Numbered from the stretch's first letter, positions 32,112-43,250 are shown. The stretch is DNA of 64,000 nt from an uncultured Actinomycetes bacterium (GCA_963752505.1 CAVVYM010000006.1:192379-256378), one strand, 5' to 3'. A program made the numbers and translations. Notes: generated from the sequence alone by a model not told the origin.

Positions 32112-33188
32112 TCATCCTCCTGCGGCTGCGGCGCGAAGCGTCATCTCAACGAGCTTCTCGGTGGCACCTCGGGTGCCCTGGCTTGCTGCGGCGTTCGACA
32201 TGGTGGCGATCGTGGCGGACTCGGTCAACAGCGGCACCACGGCCTCCAGGAGCGCCGACGCGTCGAGATCTTCATCTGCCACTTCGATGCCGCCACCGGC
32301 CTGAATGACCCCCTGGGCGTTGCGACGCTGCTCCCCGTTGCCAACCGGCAGCGGGACATACACCGCGGGCAGGCCGACGGCGGAGAGTTCACCCACGGTC
32401 ATGGCACCGGCTCGGCACAGGGCAAGATCCGCCGCGGAGTAGGCCAGATCCATCCGGTCGACGTAGTCGACGGTCACGAACCCCGGCACGGCCTCGGGTG
32501 GGTGCTGATCGGCGTTCTTGCGTCCGACCGCATGCAGCACCGATATGCCGGCCGCTGCCAGTTCCGGTGCGGCGGCCACAACGGTGTCGTTGAGCCGACG
32601 GGCGCCCTGCGAACCGCCAAACACGAATAGCACCGGGCCCTCGGACGGGAGACCGAAGAAGTCCCGGGCAGCAGCGCGGTGAGTGGCGCGGTCGAGGTGC
32701 GCGATGACCGGGCGCAACGGTAGACCGACGAGCGTGGCGTGGGGCAGCGATCCCGGTGCCGTCTCCGCGACGTACGGCGTGAAGCGGGCACCGATCCGAT
32801 TGGCCAGGCCGGCCTTGGCATTCGCTTCGTGCACCACGATGGGAATCCGCTTGCGTGCTGCGAGATAGGCGGAGAGCGCGACGTAGCCGCCAAAACCGAC
32901 CACCACGTCTGCGTCTCGACGTTCGAGCGCCTCGCGTGTGCTGCGCACCGAGGTCCGGACCCGACCTGGCAAGGTCACGAGCTGGCCGTTGATGGACCGG
33001 GGCATCGGAATGGGCTCGACGATGTCGAGTTCGTAACCGCGCGCTGGTACCAGCGAGGTCTCCAGTCCTTTCGCGGTTCCCAGCGCCGACACCGTGATGT
33101 CAGGCGACGACGCCACGAGGGCATCTGCGAGGTTCAAGGCGGGCTCAATATGACCCGCGGTGCCACCACCGGCGACGACAACATGCAT
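32112..33188 (-). CDS. murG: Lipid II GlcNAc transferase
   Basis: GGGTAGHIEP, GFGGYV, HEAN, GGSQGA, CRAGAMTV, EQRRNA; ATG 33188. Confidence 0.96.
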   Translation of the reverse strand: MHVVVAGGGTAGHIEPALNLADALVASSPDITVSALGTAKGLETSLVPARGYELDIVEPIPMPRSINGQLVTLPGRVRTSVRSTREALERRDADVVVGFGGYVALSAYLAARKRIPIVVHEANAKAGLANRIGARFTPYVAETAPGSLPHATLVGLPLRPVIAHLDRATHRAAARDFFGLPSEGPVLFVFGGSQGARRLNDTVVAAAPELAAAGISVLHAVGRKNADQHPPEAVPGFVTVDYVDRMDLAYSAADLALCRAGAMTVGELSAVGLPAVYVPLPVGNGEQRRNAQGVIQAGGGIEVADEDLDASALLEAVVPLLTESATIATMSNAAASQGTRGATEKLVEMTLRAAAAGG

Positions 33189-33190
33189 CT

Positions 33191-34480
33191 CTAGCGCGCC
33201 GCCGACGAGGGAGGGCCGGCAGCAGCGTTGTTTTCGCTGCGACGAGCCTGCGAAACGCGTTTCATCCGGCGGCGTTGCAGGGCACGTGCCCGGATCGTCG
33301 CTGCGGCCGCGGGCTCCTGCCGCGCAAAGGCCAACAGCACTCCCATGGCACATAGCGTAAACAGCAGCGAAGTCCCGCCGTACGAGACCAAGGGCAGCGG
33401 TACCCCGGTGACGGGCATCGTCCCGATCACCGCACCGATGTTGATCATTGATTGGGTAACGATCCACGCAACGATTGCCACCGTCGCCAGGCGCACGAAC
33501 AGCGAGTGGGTGCGCCTCGCAATGCGGATGCCGAGCAGACCGACGAACAGGAACAAGATCATCACAACCAAGGTGCCGATGAGGCCGAGCTCTTCGCCGA
33601 TGATGGCGAAGATGAAGTCGTTGTGCGCCTCCGGCAGAGCACCCCACTTCTCACGGCTCGCCCCGAGACCGACGCCCCACCAGCCGCCGGTGGCAAGCGC
33701 CATGCGGCCGTGAATCACCTGCCAGCCGGCCCCGGTCGGGTCGGCCTCGGGATCCAGCCAGGTGGCGAATCGCTGCATGCGGTAGCCCTCAGTGAGCGAC
33801 ATGTATGCGATCAGCAGGAGCAGCGCGCTGCCGATGGCGATGAAGAACCGGAACGGGATGCCGACCATGAGCAGCATCGCGGCGATCATGGGCATGAAGA
33901 CGAGGGCGGTACCGACGTCGCCCTCCAGGAGCACGAGCACCACGACGAGGCCTGCCATGGGTAGAAAAGGCAGCGTCACGGCGCGCCAGTTGTCCCACGA
34001 TCCGGAACGCATGCTGAGCAGGCGCGCGCCCCACAGCGCGAGCGCCAGTTTGGCGATTTCGCTGGGTTGCAGGTTGAAGCCACCCGGCATGCGGATCCAG
34101 TTCTGCTGGCCGCCGACGTTCACGCCGATGCCCGGAATGAGCACCAGCACGAGCAGAATCAGCGCCACCATCATCAAGATCGGTGCCGCACGAACGTAGA
34201 AATGCAGCGGTCGGCGAGACAGCCAGAGCATGGCAGGCACGCCGATGAGGGCGGCGAGGAACTGCTTCTGGAATTGGCTGAAGATCGATCCGCTGTCAGC
34301 GATCGACTCGACCGACGACGCGCTGAACACCATCACCAGGCCGAGTCCGAGCAGGGCCAAGATGATGATCAGCAGGAGCGTGTAGTCCGCAAGAGGGTGA
34401 TCCAGGAATGAGAGTTTGCGCTCCGCTTCGGCGCCCTCGCGCGAGCGGCGTCGACGCCGGGAGGTGCCGGTGGACGACAA
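33191..34480 (-). CDS. ftsW: SEDS peptidoglycan polymerase FtsW
   Basis: MVFSAS, QPSEIAK, LPEAHNDFIFAIIGEELG, PVTGVPLPLVSYGG. Confidence 0.95.
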   Translation of the reverse strand: MSSTGTSRRRRRSREGAEAERKLSFLDHPLADYTLLLIIILALLGLGLVMVFSASSVESIADSGSIFSQFQKQFLAALIGVPAMLWLSRRPLHFYVRAAPILMMVALILLVLVLIPGIGVNVGGQQNWIRMPGGFNLQPSEIAKLALALWGARLLSMRSGSWDNWRAVTLPFLPMAGLVVVLVLLEGDVGTALVFMPMIAAMLLMVGIPFRFFIAIGSALLLLIAYMSLTEGYRMQRFATWLDPEADPTGAGWQVIHGRMALATGGWWGVGLGASREKWGALPEAHNDFIFAIIGEELGLIGTLVVMILFLFVGLLGIRIARRTHSLFVRLATVAIVAWIVTQSMINIGAVIGTMPVTGVPLPLVSYGGTSLLFTLCAMGVLLAFARQEPAAAATIRARALQRRRMKRVSQARRSENNAAAGPPSSAAR

Positions 34481-34484
34481 GTCC

Positions 34485-35924
34485 TCACTCCCCTTCGAGG
34501 GCACGAACCGCAGCAGCAAATGCGTCGCCGCGCTCGGCATAGTCCACGTACATGTCCCGTGAGGCGCAGCCCGGCGCCAGCAGGACGGTATCCCCCGGCT
34601 CAGCCAACGCGGCTGCCGCCTCGACCACTGCTGTCATCGCACCAGTGTCGGTGTCAGCGACCTCAACCACCGGAACATCCGGTGCGTGTCGGGCAAGTGC
34701 ATGCGCGATCACCGCGCGGTCCAGCCCGACGAGCACGACGGCGCGCATCCTGGGCGCTGTGGCGATGACGAGCTCGTCGAAATCTTGGCCCTTCGCCTGC
34801 CCGCCGGCCACCCACACGACGGATTCGAAAGCTCGCAGCGACGTCAAGGCCGCGTGCCAGTTCGTGGCTTTCGAGTCGTCGATGTAGCGCACACCGCCCA
34901 CCACGCCCACCTCTGCGATGCGGTGAAGCGCCGGCACGAACGTGCGCAGGCCTTGGCGGATGGCGCCAGCGGGGACTCCGTAGGCGCGCACCAGAGCCGC
35001 TGCCGCGAGGGCGTTCTCAACCTGGTGGGGCGCGCTGGGGACCACATCGGTCACAGCGGCCAACTCCTGTGCGGAGGTGGCTCGTTGAGCCGTGAAGGCC
35101 CGATCCACGAGGAGGTCCTCCACCACTCCGAGCTGGCTGGGCGCCGGCACACCCAGGGTGATTCCGATCGCGCGGCACCCTTCGACCACCTCGGCGTCGA
35201 CCACCATCTGCTCCGTGACGGGATCCGCAGTGTTGTAAACGCAGGCGACCTGGGTTCGCTCGTAGGCGGTGCCTTTGGTGGCGACGTAGTCGTCGTAACT
35301 GCCGAAGTAGTCCACGTGATCCGGTGCCACGTTGAGACACACGCACGCCAGCGGCGAGACCGAGTACACGAAGGGCAGATGCGGGGCGCCAACCTCCACG
35401 ACCAGCACGTCGTAGGGTTCCGGGTGGATCACCGCGTCGATGAGGCTCACCCCGATGTTGCCGACCGCGGCCGTGCGCAGACCCGCCGCGGCAAGCATCG
35501 CCGCGGCCATGATCGTGGTGGTCGTCTTTCCGTTGGTGCCGGTCACGTAGAGCCACGGCGCAGGCTTCTCGGCCGGTCGCAACCGCCAGGCCAGTTCGAA
35601 CTCTCCCCACACCGGAGTACCCCGCTCGCGGGCAGCGGTGATCCAAGGCGAGTCCAGCGGGATACCGGTCGACACGACCAGCACATCCCCCGGCGGTAGT
35701 TCGTCGCCAGCACCGAGGTGCACGTCGGCGCCGAGCACCTCGAGGATCTGCGCCTTCTCGGCGAGCGCCGGGGTGTCGAAGGAGTCGATCACGGTGACGC
35801 GGCCACCTCTGCCCAGCAACGCAGCCGCGCCCGAGTAGCCGGCGACGCCGAGGCCAGTAACGATGACATGGAGGGACTCCGGTGCCACGTCAAGGTCGAA
35901 TCCGGGTCCACCCGTCTCAATCAT
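34485..35924 (-). CDS. murD: UDP-MurNAc-Ala--D-Glu ligase
   Basis: TGTNGKTTT, GNIG, DDSKATN, GGQAKG, LLAPGCASRDM; ATG 35924 overlaps the mraY stop. Confidence 0.95.
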   Translation of the reverse strand: MIETGGPGFDLDVAPESLHVIVTGLGVAGYSGAAALLGRGGRVTVIDSFDTPALAEKAQILEVLGADVHLGAGDELPPGDVLVVSTGIPLDSPWITAARERGTPVWGEFELAWRLRPAEKPAPWLYVTGTNGKTTTTIMAAAMLAAAGLRTAAVGNIGVSLIDAVIHPEPYDVLVVEVGAPHLPFVYSVSPLACVCLNVAPDHVDYFGSYDDYVATKGTAYERTQVACVYNTADPVTEQMVVDAEVVEGCRAIGITLGVPAPSQLGVVEDLLVDRAFTAQRATSAQELAAVTDVVPSAPHQVENALAAAALVRAYGVPAGAIRQGLRTFVPALHRIAEVGVVGGVRYIDDSKATNWHAALTSLRAFESVVWVAGGQAKGQDFDELVIATAPRMRAVVLVGLDRAVIAHALARHAPDVPVVEVADTDTGAMTAVVEAAAALAEPGDTVLLAPGCASRDMYVDYAERGDAFAAAVRALEGE

Positions 35925-36988
35925 GTGCGCACCCACTCGGCATAGAACAGCGACAGACCCAGCCCGACGAACAGACCTTGGAGAATCCAGAAACGCGTCA
36001 CAATCGTCACTTCGCCCCAGCCCTTGAGTTCGAAGTGATGGTGGAGGGGGGCCATGCGGAACACCCGTTTGCCGGTCAGTTTGAACGAGGCCACCTGCAG
36101 GATCACCGAGACCGTGGTGAGCAGGAACAGGCCGCCAATGAGCACCAGCAGCAATTCGGTCTGGCTGAAGATCGCCAGGGCCGCGATGGCGCCACCGATT
36201 GCCAGCGACCCGGTGTCGCCCATGAAGATCTGCGCAGGTGAGGTGTTCCACCACAGGAAGCCGACACAAGCGCCGGCACACGCTGCGGCGAAGACCGCAA
36301 GGTCCAACGGATCTCGCACCTCGTAGCAGCGTTCGAAGCGGGTGAATGCGCAGTTCTGGCCGTATTGCCACACGCCAAGCAGTGCGAAGGCGGCAAAACT
36401 GGCCACGGCAGCTCCCGCCGCCAGGCCGTCGAGGCCATCTGTGAGGTTCACCGCGTTCGTCGTAGCCGTAATGAGAAGCCAGATCCACAGCACGGCGAGC
36501 GCGATGGGAAGCACGATCGGGGTATCGCGCACGAACGAGATCGCCTGTGACGCCGGAGTGCGATCGAACTCGTCCGGGAAGGACAGCGACATGACCGCGA
36601 AGGTGATGGCGATGAACGCCTGACCGCCCAGTTTTGTCCGAGCCCGCACGCCAGTGCTGCGTTGCTTGAAGATCTTCAGGTAGTCATCGACCATGCCGAC
36701 GAGCCCGAGGCCCACTGTGAGATAGAGGGCCAGCAGTCCGCTGACCGTCGGGGGACGCCATGCCACCAGGTGGGCCACGGCGTAGCCGAGGAGCACCGCG
36801 ATGATGACCGCCAGGCCACCCATGCTGGGCGTGCCCTTCTTGCCCTCATGCTCGGGGTACTGGATCCCGTCCTTGGAAACTCGGATGGCCTGAGCGAGTC
36901 GGCGACGACGCAGCACGCTGATGAGCAACGGGGTGCCCAGCAGGCTGACGGCGAGCGCGACCGCTGCGGCGAGTACTACCTGAATCAT
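35921..36988 (-). CDS. mraY: Phospho-MurNAc-pentapeptide transferase
   Basis: KKGTPSMGG, DDYLK, NAVNLTDGLDGL, FMGDTGS, MAPLHHHFE. Confidence 0.97.
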   Translation of the reverse strand: MIQVVLAAAVALAVSLLGTPLLISVLRRRRLAQAIRVSKDGIQYPEHEGKKGTPSMGGLAVIIAVLLGYAVAHLVAWRPPTVSGLLALYLTVGLGLVGMVDDYLKIFKQRSTGVRARTKLGGQAFIAITFAVMSLSFPDEFDRTPASQAISFVRDTPIVLPIALAVLWIWLLITATTNAVNLTDGLDGLAAGAAVASFAAFALLGVWQYGQNCAFTRFERCYEVRDPLDLAVFAAACAGACVGFLWWNTSPAQIFMGDTGSLAIGGAIAALAIFSQTELLLVLIGGLFLLTTVSVILQVASFKLTGKRVFRMAPLHHHFELKGWGEVTIVTRFWILQGLFVGLGLSLFYAEWVRT

Positions 36989-38392
36989 GCGTCCTCCTCC
37001 GAGAGCAAGGACATCGCCAACCGTTCCAGCCCGGCCGAACGGGAGGCCTTGACCAACACGATGTCGCCCTCGGTCACGTCCGATTCGAGCACCGCGAGTG
37101 CCTGCTCGATATCGGGCACCCACATGGATTCGTTCCCCCACGAACCCTCGTGGGCCGCGCCCAAGTGCATCGGCTTTGCGCCCTCTCCGACGACGATCAG
37201 GCGGTCGACGTCAAGCCGCACCGCCAGTCGCCCGATTGAATCGTGGGCGGAACGAGATTCGTCGCCGAGTTCGAGCATCTCCCCCAGCACCGCCCACGTC
37301 CGACCGCCGCTGGCTCGACCCATGGCGACCAGTGCCTTGAGCGCGGCGCGCACGGATTCGGGATTGGCGTTGTAGGCGTCATTGACCACGGTCACACCGG
37401 ACGCCGTGGTGGTGATCTCCATGCGCCACCGACTCTGCGACGTCGCCGCGCTCAGGGACACAGCGACGTCGGGCAGTCCCATCCCGACGCCGAGAGCAAC
37501 CGTGGCGGCCGCGGCAGCGTTGGCTGCCATGTGTTCGCCGGAGACCTGCAGCGCCACGTCAGCGACCTCTTCGCCCGACGTCAGCCGAAAACTTGGCCGT
37601 GCCCGGGCATCGAGGGTCACGTCGGTGACGCGCACATCCGCCGAGGGCGACTCGCCGAAGCGCAGCACCCGGGCTGGCGTGCGCTCGGCCATGGCGCTCA
37701 CCAAGGGATCGTCGGCGTTGAGGACCGCCAGTCCGTCCTGCGTGAGGCTTTGCACCAGTTCGGACTTGGCCTCGGCGATCGCTGCTTGACCACCGAACTC
37801 GCCCACGTGGGCGGACCCCACGTTGATCACGAGTCCGACATCCGGTGCGGCGATGCCAGCACAGATACGCGATGTGCCCTTTGCCCCGCGCTCCCATTTC
37901 AAGCACCAGAAATCGCGTCTCGGCATTGCATTGCAGCACCGTCAGCGGCAGGCCGAGCTCGTTGTTGAACGACCCTTGCGGCGCCACCGTGGGCCCGAAA
38001 GTGGCAAGCACCTGACCCAACATGTCCTTGGTGGACGTCTTGCCAGACGAGCCGGTGATTCCGATGGTCGTCAGTTGCGGCAATTGTCGGTGCACGGCCG
38101 CAGCCAACCGACCGAGGGCCGCAACCGTGTCGGACACCACGATTGCGGGGCCGGCCTCAATCGGCCGCTCGCAGAGGATCGCGGCAGCACCGGCATCGAA
38201 AGCCGGGCCTGCGTAGTCGTGACCATCGCTGTGTTCTCCGGCTATCGCAATGAAGAGATCACCGGGTTCGACCTTTCTCGAATCGATGGCGACCCCGGAG
38301 ATGCGCACATCACCGGGGTCGCCGCCGTCGGATGCGCCGAGCAAGGAGCCCTCGACTGCCTCCTGCACCTGACGTAGTGACAGCGTGATCAT
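36985..38392 (-). CDS. murF: UDP-MurNAc-tripeptide--D-Ala-D-Ala ligase, with a 1-nt frameshift near 37858
   Basis: N-half DSRKV, TGSSGKTSTK, SFNNELGLPLT, LEMGARG. C-half in another frame: NVGSAHVGEFG, NDAYNANP, GEMLELG, LVKASR. Confidence 0.93.
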
Positions 38393-39879
38393 TGCGCGAC
38401 ATCCTCCAGCGCGGCGGCGAGTTCCTCAACATCATCGAAGTGGTGCGTCACGGAGCCTACTTGTTGGCCTTGTTCGTGCCCTTTGCCGAGCACCAGCACT
38501 GCGTCGCCCGCCCCTGCCAGCGCTACCGCTGCCCGAATGGCCGCCTGCCGATCACCGATCTCGTGCACCTCGGCCCGTTCGTCGTCGGGCACGTCGCTCA
38601 CGCCCGCCAGCATCGCCGCTCGGATCAGCGCCGGATCCTCCGAACGAGGATTGTCGTCGGTGACCACGACCACGTCGGCCAGTCGGGCAGCGGCCTCACC
38701 CATGAGCGGCCGCTTGGAGGCGTCCCGATCTCCGCCGCAGCCGAGGACGGCGATGACCCGGCCGTGGGTGGCGATGATGGCGCGTTCCACGGCGTCGGGG
38801 GTGTGGGCGTAGTCGACGAAGGCCCGGATGCCGCGCTGGTTGAACACCGACTGCATGCGACCGGGAACGCCCGGGCACGCCCGGACTCCGACTGCGGCCA
38901 CCTGCAGCGGAACCTCCACTGCCACGGCCGTCGCCAGCGCGCCGAGTGCGTTCGCCACGTTGAATACCCCGGGCAGGCCAACTCGGCAGGGAACGGGCTC
39001 GCCTTCCGGTGGCTTTGCCAGGAAGTCGCTGCCGTGGTCGTCGGGCTGCACGTCGGCGACAGTCCAGTCGGCGTCGACACCAGTCACCGCGTAGGTGACA
39101 GCCGTGGGCCACCTCGTGGCCAACTGCTCGCCCCAGGAATCATCCAGGCAGATGACTCGGTGGGATGCCATGGTGAACAACGTGGCTTTGGCCTCGAAGT
39201 AGTCGGCCATGGTGCCGTGGAAATCCAAGTGGTCCTGGGTGAGATTCGTGAACACTGCAGCGTCGAACTCGACGGCGTTCACCCGGCCGAAAGCCATGGC
39301 ATGCGAGGACACCTCCATCACGACTGCGGTCACGCCCTCGTCCCGCATGTGGCCGAGGATCGCGTGCACATCGACCGCCTCGGGTGTGGTGCGTTCAGTT
39401 TGCAGCAATCGACCGGCAACGCGATGGCCGGTCGTGCCCATGACTCCGGTGACGTGTCCGGCAGCGGCCAGCACGGACTCGATGAGGAAACTCATGGTGG
39501 TCTTGCCGTTTGTGCCGGTGATGCCCACCACCAGCATGGAGCGCGACGGGTGGCCGTAGACCCTCGAGGCAACCTCCCCCGCCAGCGCGCGCGGATCCGC
39601 GACCACGATGAGCTCGACGGATCCCGCCGCCGCGCTGGCCGCAACCAGGTCGGCCCCCGCTGCGTCGGTCAGGATGGCCGCTGCACCGGCTTCGGCGACG
39701 GCTTCGGCGAAACGAGCGCCGTGGACATTGGCTCCGCCAACGGCGACGTAGAGATCACCCGGCAGCACGACGCGCGAGTCCATGACCACACCGGTGACGG
39801 ACACGTCGGAAGGGTGGCCCGGGAACAGTTCAGCCAGCGAGATCGGCCGAGTCTGCGGCCGGGGTGAAGGGATAACCAC
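38389..39879 (-). CDS. murE: UDP-MurNAc-dipeptide--diaminopimelate ligase
   Basis: TGTNGKTT, TTPE, MEVSSH, NLTQDHLDFH, VDYAHTPD, DNPR (DAP-type), GKGHE. Confidence 0.96.
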   Translation of the reverse strand: MVIPSPRPQTRPISLAELFPGHPSDVSVTGVVMDSRVVLPGDLYVAVGGANVHGARFAEAVAEAGAAAILTDAAGADLVAASAAAGSVELIVVADPRALAGEVASRVYGHPSRSMLVVGITGTNGKTTMSFLIESVLAAAGHVTGVMGTTGHRVAGRLLQTERTTPEAVDVHAILGHMRDEGVTAVVMEVSSHAMAFGRVNAVEFDAAVFTNLTQDHLDFHGTMADYFEAKATLFTMASHRVICLDDSWGEQLATRWPTAVTYAVTGVDADWTVADVQPDDHGSDFLAKPPEGEPVPCRVGLPGVFNVANALGALATAVAVEVPLQVAAVGVRACPGVPGRMQSVFNQRGIRAFVDYAHTPDAVERAIIATHGRVIAVLGCGGDRDASKRPLMGEAAARLADVVVVTDDNPRSEDPALIRAAMLAGVSDVPDDERAEVHEIGDRQAAIRAAVALAGAGDAVLVLGKGHEQGQQVGSVTHHFDDVEELAAALEDVAQ

Positions 39880-39883
39880 GGCG

Positions 39884-41728
39884 TCAGGAAGTCGTGGGGT
39901 CTTCGCCGACGAAGATGGGCAGCAGCGGCTCATCGTTGTTCGTGGGCGGAATCCCCAACGAGATCAGCGCGGCTGTCATCACCTCCTTGAATACCGGAGC
40001 ACCGTTCGACGAGCCCATGTAGGTCCCCTTGGGATCCTGCACGATGACTGCCGCTACGAGCTCGGGGTCGTCGGCCGGCGCAACACCGATGAAGCTGGCG
40101 GTGTAACCCCGGTAGCAGCCGCAGCTGTCGTCGATCCGGTTCGCGGTGCCGGTCTTGCCACCAACCCGGTAGCCGGGAATGGCGGCGTTGCTTGCCGTGC
40201 CGTCGGGGCTCACCACACCTTCCATCATCTTGAGAACGGCATCTGCGGTTTCCGGTTCAACGACTTTGGTGGTCTCCGGACCTTCAATCGGCACTTCCTC
40301 GCCGTCGGCACCGATGACGGATTCAACGATGTGCGGTTGCACCCGCACACCCTCATTCGCGATGGTCTGGAAGATCGACGTGATCTGCAGCGCCGATACC
40401 GACAGACCTTGGCCGAAGGCCAGCGTGGGGAACGTCGAATCTGTCCATTCAGAGGTCGGCGGCACGTAGCCGCTTGCCTCACCCGGGAAACCGGCGCCGG
40501 TGGGATCGCCGACCCCGAATCGACGTAGGTACTCGTAGAACTTGTCTTCACCGATGAGCTCGGCGGCCTCGATGGAGCCGGTGTTCGACGACTTCGCGAG
40601 GATTCCCGCCAGTGTCATCTCGTAGGTGGGGTGCGGGTCGTGGTCGCGGAACGTGCGCGTTCCCCGGTCGATGCTGTCCTTCACCGTGAACGGCGTGAGC
40701 GGATCCGCCTTGCCTTCGTTGATCACTGCGGCCATCGTCATGATCTTCGACGTCGAACCAGGTTCGAAGGCCTCCACGACCGCACGGTTCTGCAGGTCCT
40801 CGGGCTTGCCGGAACCTGGATCGTTGGCATCGACGGTGGGCACGGAAGCCATCGCCAGGATGCGGCCGGTCTTGACCTCCATCACGATGACCGTCCCGCT
40901 CTGGGCCCGGGACGCCGCCACCTGCCTGCTGATCGCGTCCTGAGCCAGAAACTGCAGGTCCTGGTCCAGCGTGAGACGCAGCGAGTCACCGGTCTGCGGT
41001 GCGACCAACTCATCAGTCGCGGTGGGGATCAGCCGTCCGTTGGAGACCTCCACCCGCCGCAAACCGTCCACCCCGGCCAGGGTGTCCTCTTGAGCCACCT
41101 CCACGCCTGCCAACCCGTGACCGTCGAGGCCCACGTAACCGATGACGTTGGCCGCGAGGTCACCGCCCGGGTACTCCCGGTTCAGAGTCGGTTCGAATCC
41201 GAAGGCGGGCTCCTCCATCTCACGCAACGCCGAGGCCTGCGCAGGCGTGATGAAGCGTGCCACGTAGGCGAACTTGGCGTCGCCGACCAGGGCCTTCTCG
41301 ACCTCGTCCGCAGGCAGGTCGACGATCGGTGCGATCCGAGCTGCCAAGCCAGGAGCGTCTTCGACGAGCGTTTGATCCACCGCGAAGTTGAAGGCCTCGA
41401 CCGACTGCGCGAGAGGCATGCCGTTGATGTCGTAGATGGTGCCTCGCTGACCTGCCAGCGGAGTAGAGGCGAGGCGGGAGGATTCGGCCCGTTGGGCCAG
41501 GGCACCGGTATCGACGATCTGCACTTGGATGAGCCGCAGCGCCGACACCACCGTAAGGAGGACGAGCACCAGCGAAATGATGCGCATCCGCTTGACTGGG
41601 CTACCCCGACGATAGGTGAGGTCGCCGTCGCGGTACTTCTGCCACCAATTGCGCCGGGTCGGCTGCGACGAACGGTGTGGTTGACGGCTACCCGACCCGG
41701 CGGGCGGCGGAGTGCGCGTGGCGCTCAC
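39884..41728 (-). CDS. ftsI: Class B penicillin-binding protein FtsI
   Basis: RGTIYD, EPGSTSK (SxxK), SSN, GKTGT; single N-terminal TM. Confidence 0.95.
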   Translation of the reverse strand: MSATRTPPPAGSGSRQPHRSSQPTRRNWWQKYRDGDLTYRRGSPVKRMRIISLVLVLLTVVSALRLIQVQIVDTGALAQRAESSRLASTPLAGQRGTIYDINGMPLAQSVEAFNFAVDQTLVEDAPGLAARIAPIVDLPADEVEKALVGDAKFAYVARFITPAQASALREMEEPAFGFEPTLNREYPGGDLAANVIGYVGLDGHGLAGVEVAQEDTLAGVDGLRRVEVSNGRLIPTATDELVAPQTGDSLRLTLDQDLQFLAQDAISRQVAASRAQSGTVIVMEVKTGRILAMASVPTVDANDPGSGKPEDLQNRAVVEAFEPGSTSKIMTMAAVINEGKADPLTPFTVKDSIDRGTRTFRDHDPHPTYEMTLAGILAKSSNTGSIEAAELIGEDKFYEYLRRFGVGDPTGAGFPGEASGYVPPTSEWTDSTFPTLAFGQGLSVSALQITSIFQTIANEGVRVQPHIVESVIGADGEEVPIEGPETTKVVEPETADAVLKMMEGVVSPDGTASNAAIPGYRVGGKTGTANRIDDSCGCYRGYTASFIGVAPADDPELVAAVIVQDPKGTYMGSSNGAPVFKEVMTAALISLGIPPTNNDEPLLPIFVGEDPTTS

Positions 41729-42273
41729 TGAGCAGGCTCCGCGGGCACCGTCGTGGCGGGAACCAGACCCACCGCAACTTCCCCGCCACCATCGGCCGTG
41801 GGGGTCACGTCGCCGTCGACCCCCAGATCGCGGGTCGGGTCCGGGCCTTCCGCGGCTTTCGGCTCCCCCAGCAACTGCCCAGTGCGCAGGTCGACGAAGA
41901 CGGGATTCGGGTTCATGACCATGCCCATGTCAGCTGCCCGCTCGGCGAGGGCTCCGGGGGTGTCGAGCAACGCTAGTTCGTTGGCCAGCGCCTGCTCCTG
42001 CATGACCAGCGATGACTTCTCTGTCATCAGTTCGTAGCGTTGAAAACTCCCCTTTGCCATCAAGGTGTTCAACGCGAGCATCACCACCAGGCTCACGGCC
42101 AGTGCTGCTGCCACGAGCAGCAGAAATGTGCGGTTGCCGAGATTCGCGATGGGCCGCATCGCCACGATGCGTTGGGCCAGGCCCGCACGGGAACGTGATT
42201 GCGTGCGTGGGTGGCGCCGCAGCGTGGGCACAGTAACCAAGACCCGTGACGTGTCGTGCGGCATCGCGGTCAC
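41725..42273 (-). CDS. ftsL: FtsL-like cell division protein
   Basis: One TM, coiled coil, LAERAADMGMV; located between rsmH and ftsI. Confidence 0.8.
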   Translation of the reverse strand: MTAMPHDTSRVLVTVPTLRRHPRTQSRSRAGLAQRIVAMRPIANLGNRTFLLLVAAALAVSLVVMLALNTLMAKGSFQRYELMTEKSSLVMQEQALANELALLDTPGALAERAADMGMVMNPNPVFVDLRTGQLLGEPKAAEGPDPTRDLGVDGDVTPTADGGGEVAVGLVPATTVPAEPAQ

Positions 42274-43250
42274 GGGTTCACCTCCACTCGCTCGACGGCT
42301 CGCAATCTCACCGATGCGGACCGGGGGTTCTCTGCGATTTCCGTCGCTGACGCTACCTCCGCACCCCTCGTCAGCAGTCGGAAGCGAGGCCGCGCGTCGT
42401 CAGGAATCACGGGAAGATCAGGCGGGGCGCTGACCTGGGACGCGGAAGCGAAAGTTCTCTTTACGATTCGGTCCTCGAGTGAGTGGTAGGCCATCACCAC
42501 GACCCGACCGCCGACCGGCACCAGATCCAGTGCCTGCGGCAGAACGCGTCGAATCCCTCCCAGCTCGTCGTTTACTTCGATGCGCAGCGCCTGAAAGGTC
42601 CGCTTGCCCGGATGACCCCCGGACCGTTGCGAGGCCGCCGGGATCGCCCGTTGCAGCACAGCAAGCAGGTCCGAACTCCGCTCGAAGGGCTGCCCGTCGC
42701 GCTGGGCGACGATGGCGGTGGCGATTCGTTTGGCATACCGCTCTTCGCCGTACTCCCGCAGGATTCGAGTGAGGTCGGCCGTCGAATAGTGCGCCAGGAT
42801 GTCGCGCGCAGTCAGGTCGGACTCCGGATTCATGCGCATGTCCAGCGGGGCGTCGACCGAGTAGGCGAAGCCACGGTCGGCGACGTCGATCTGCATGCTC
42901 GACAGTCCGAGATCCAGCAGGACTGCTCGGACTCGGGCGGCAACGCCCAACTCGTCGACGACGGACGCCATCTGGTCGTACCACGCGTGTGCCGGCACGA
43001 AACGCGCACCGAACGGGGCCAGCCGCCGCGACGCGTTGTCGAGAGCCTGTGGGTCGGTGTCGATCCCTACCACCGTCACCTGCGGGAATGCTCGCAGCAC
43101 GGCCTCGGTGTGGCCACCGAGGCCGAGGGTGCCGTCGATGAGAACCGGCGGCCCGGCGGCCGAATCTGCGGCCTCAGTGGAATCCGTTTGCAGTGCAGGA
43201 CCCAACAGTGCCACGCAGCGATCCAGCAACACCGGGATGTGGTGCGACAC
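42270..43250 (-). CDS. rsmH: 16S rRNA m4C1402 methyltransferase
   Basis: HIPVLL, DGTLGLGGH, DLGLSSMQ, RTFQALRIEVN, YHSLEDR, NPRSAS. Confidence 0.97.
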   Translation of the reverse strand: MSHHIPVLLDRCVALLGPALQTDSTEAADSAAGPPVLIDGTLGLGGHTEAVLRAFPQVTVVGIDTDPQALDNASRRLAPFGARFVPAHAWYDQMASVVDELGVAARVRAVLLDLGLSSMQIDVADRGFAYSVDAPLDMRMNPESDLTARDILAHYSTADLTRILREYGEERYAKRIATAIVAQRDGQPFERSSDLLAVLQRAIPAASQRSGGHPGKRTFQALRIEVNDELGGIRRVLPQALDLVPVGGRVVVMAYHSLEDRIVKRTFASASQVSAPPDLPVIPDDARPRFRLLTRGAEVASATEIAENPRSASVRLRAVERVEVNP

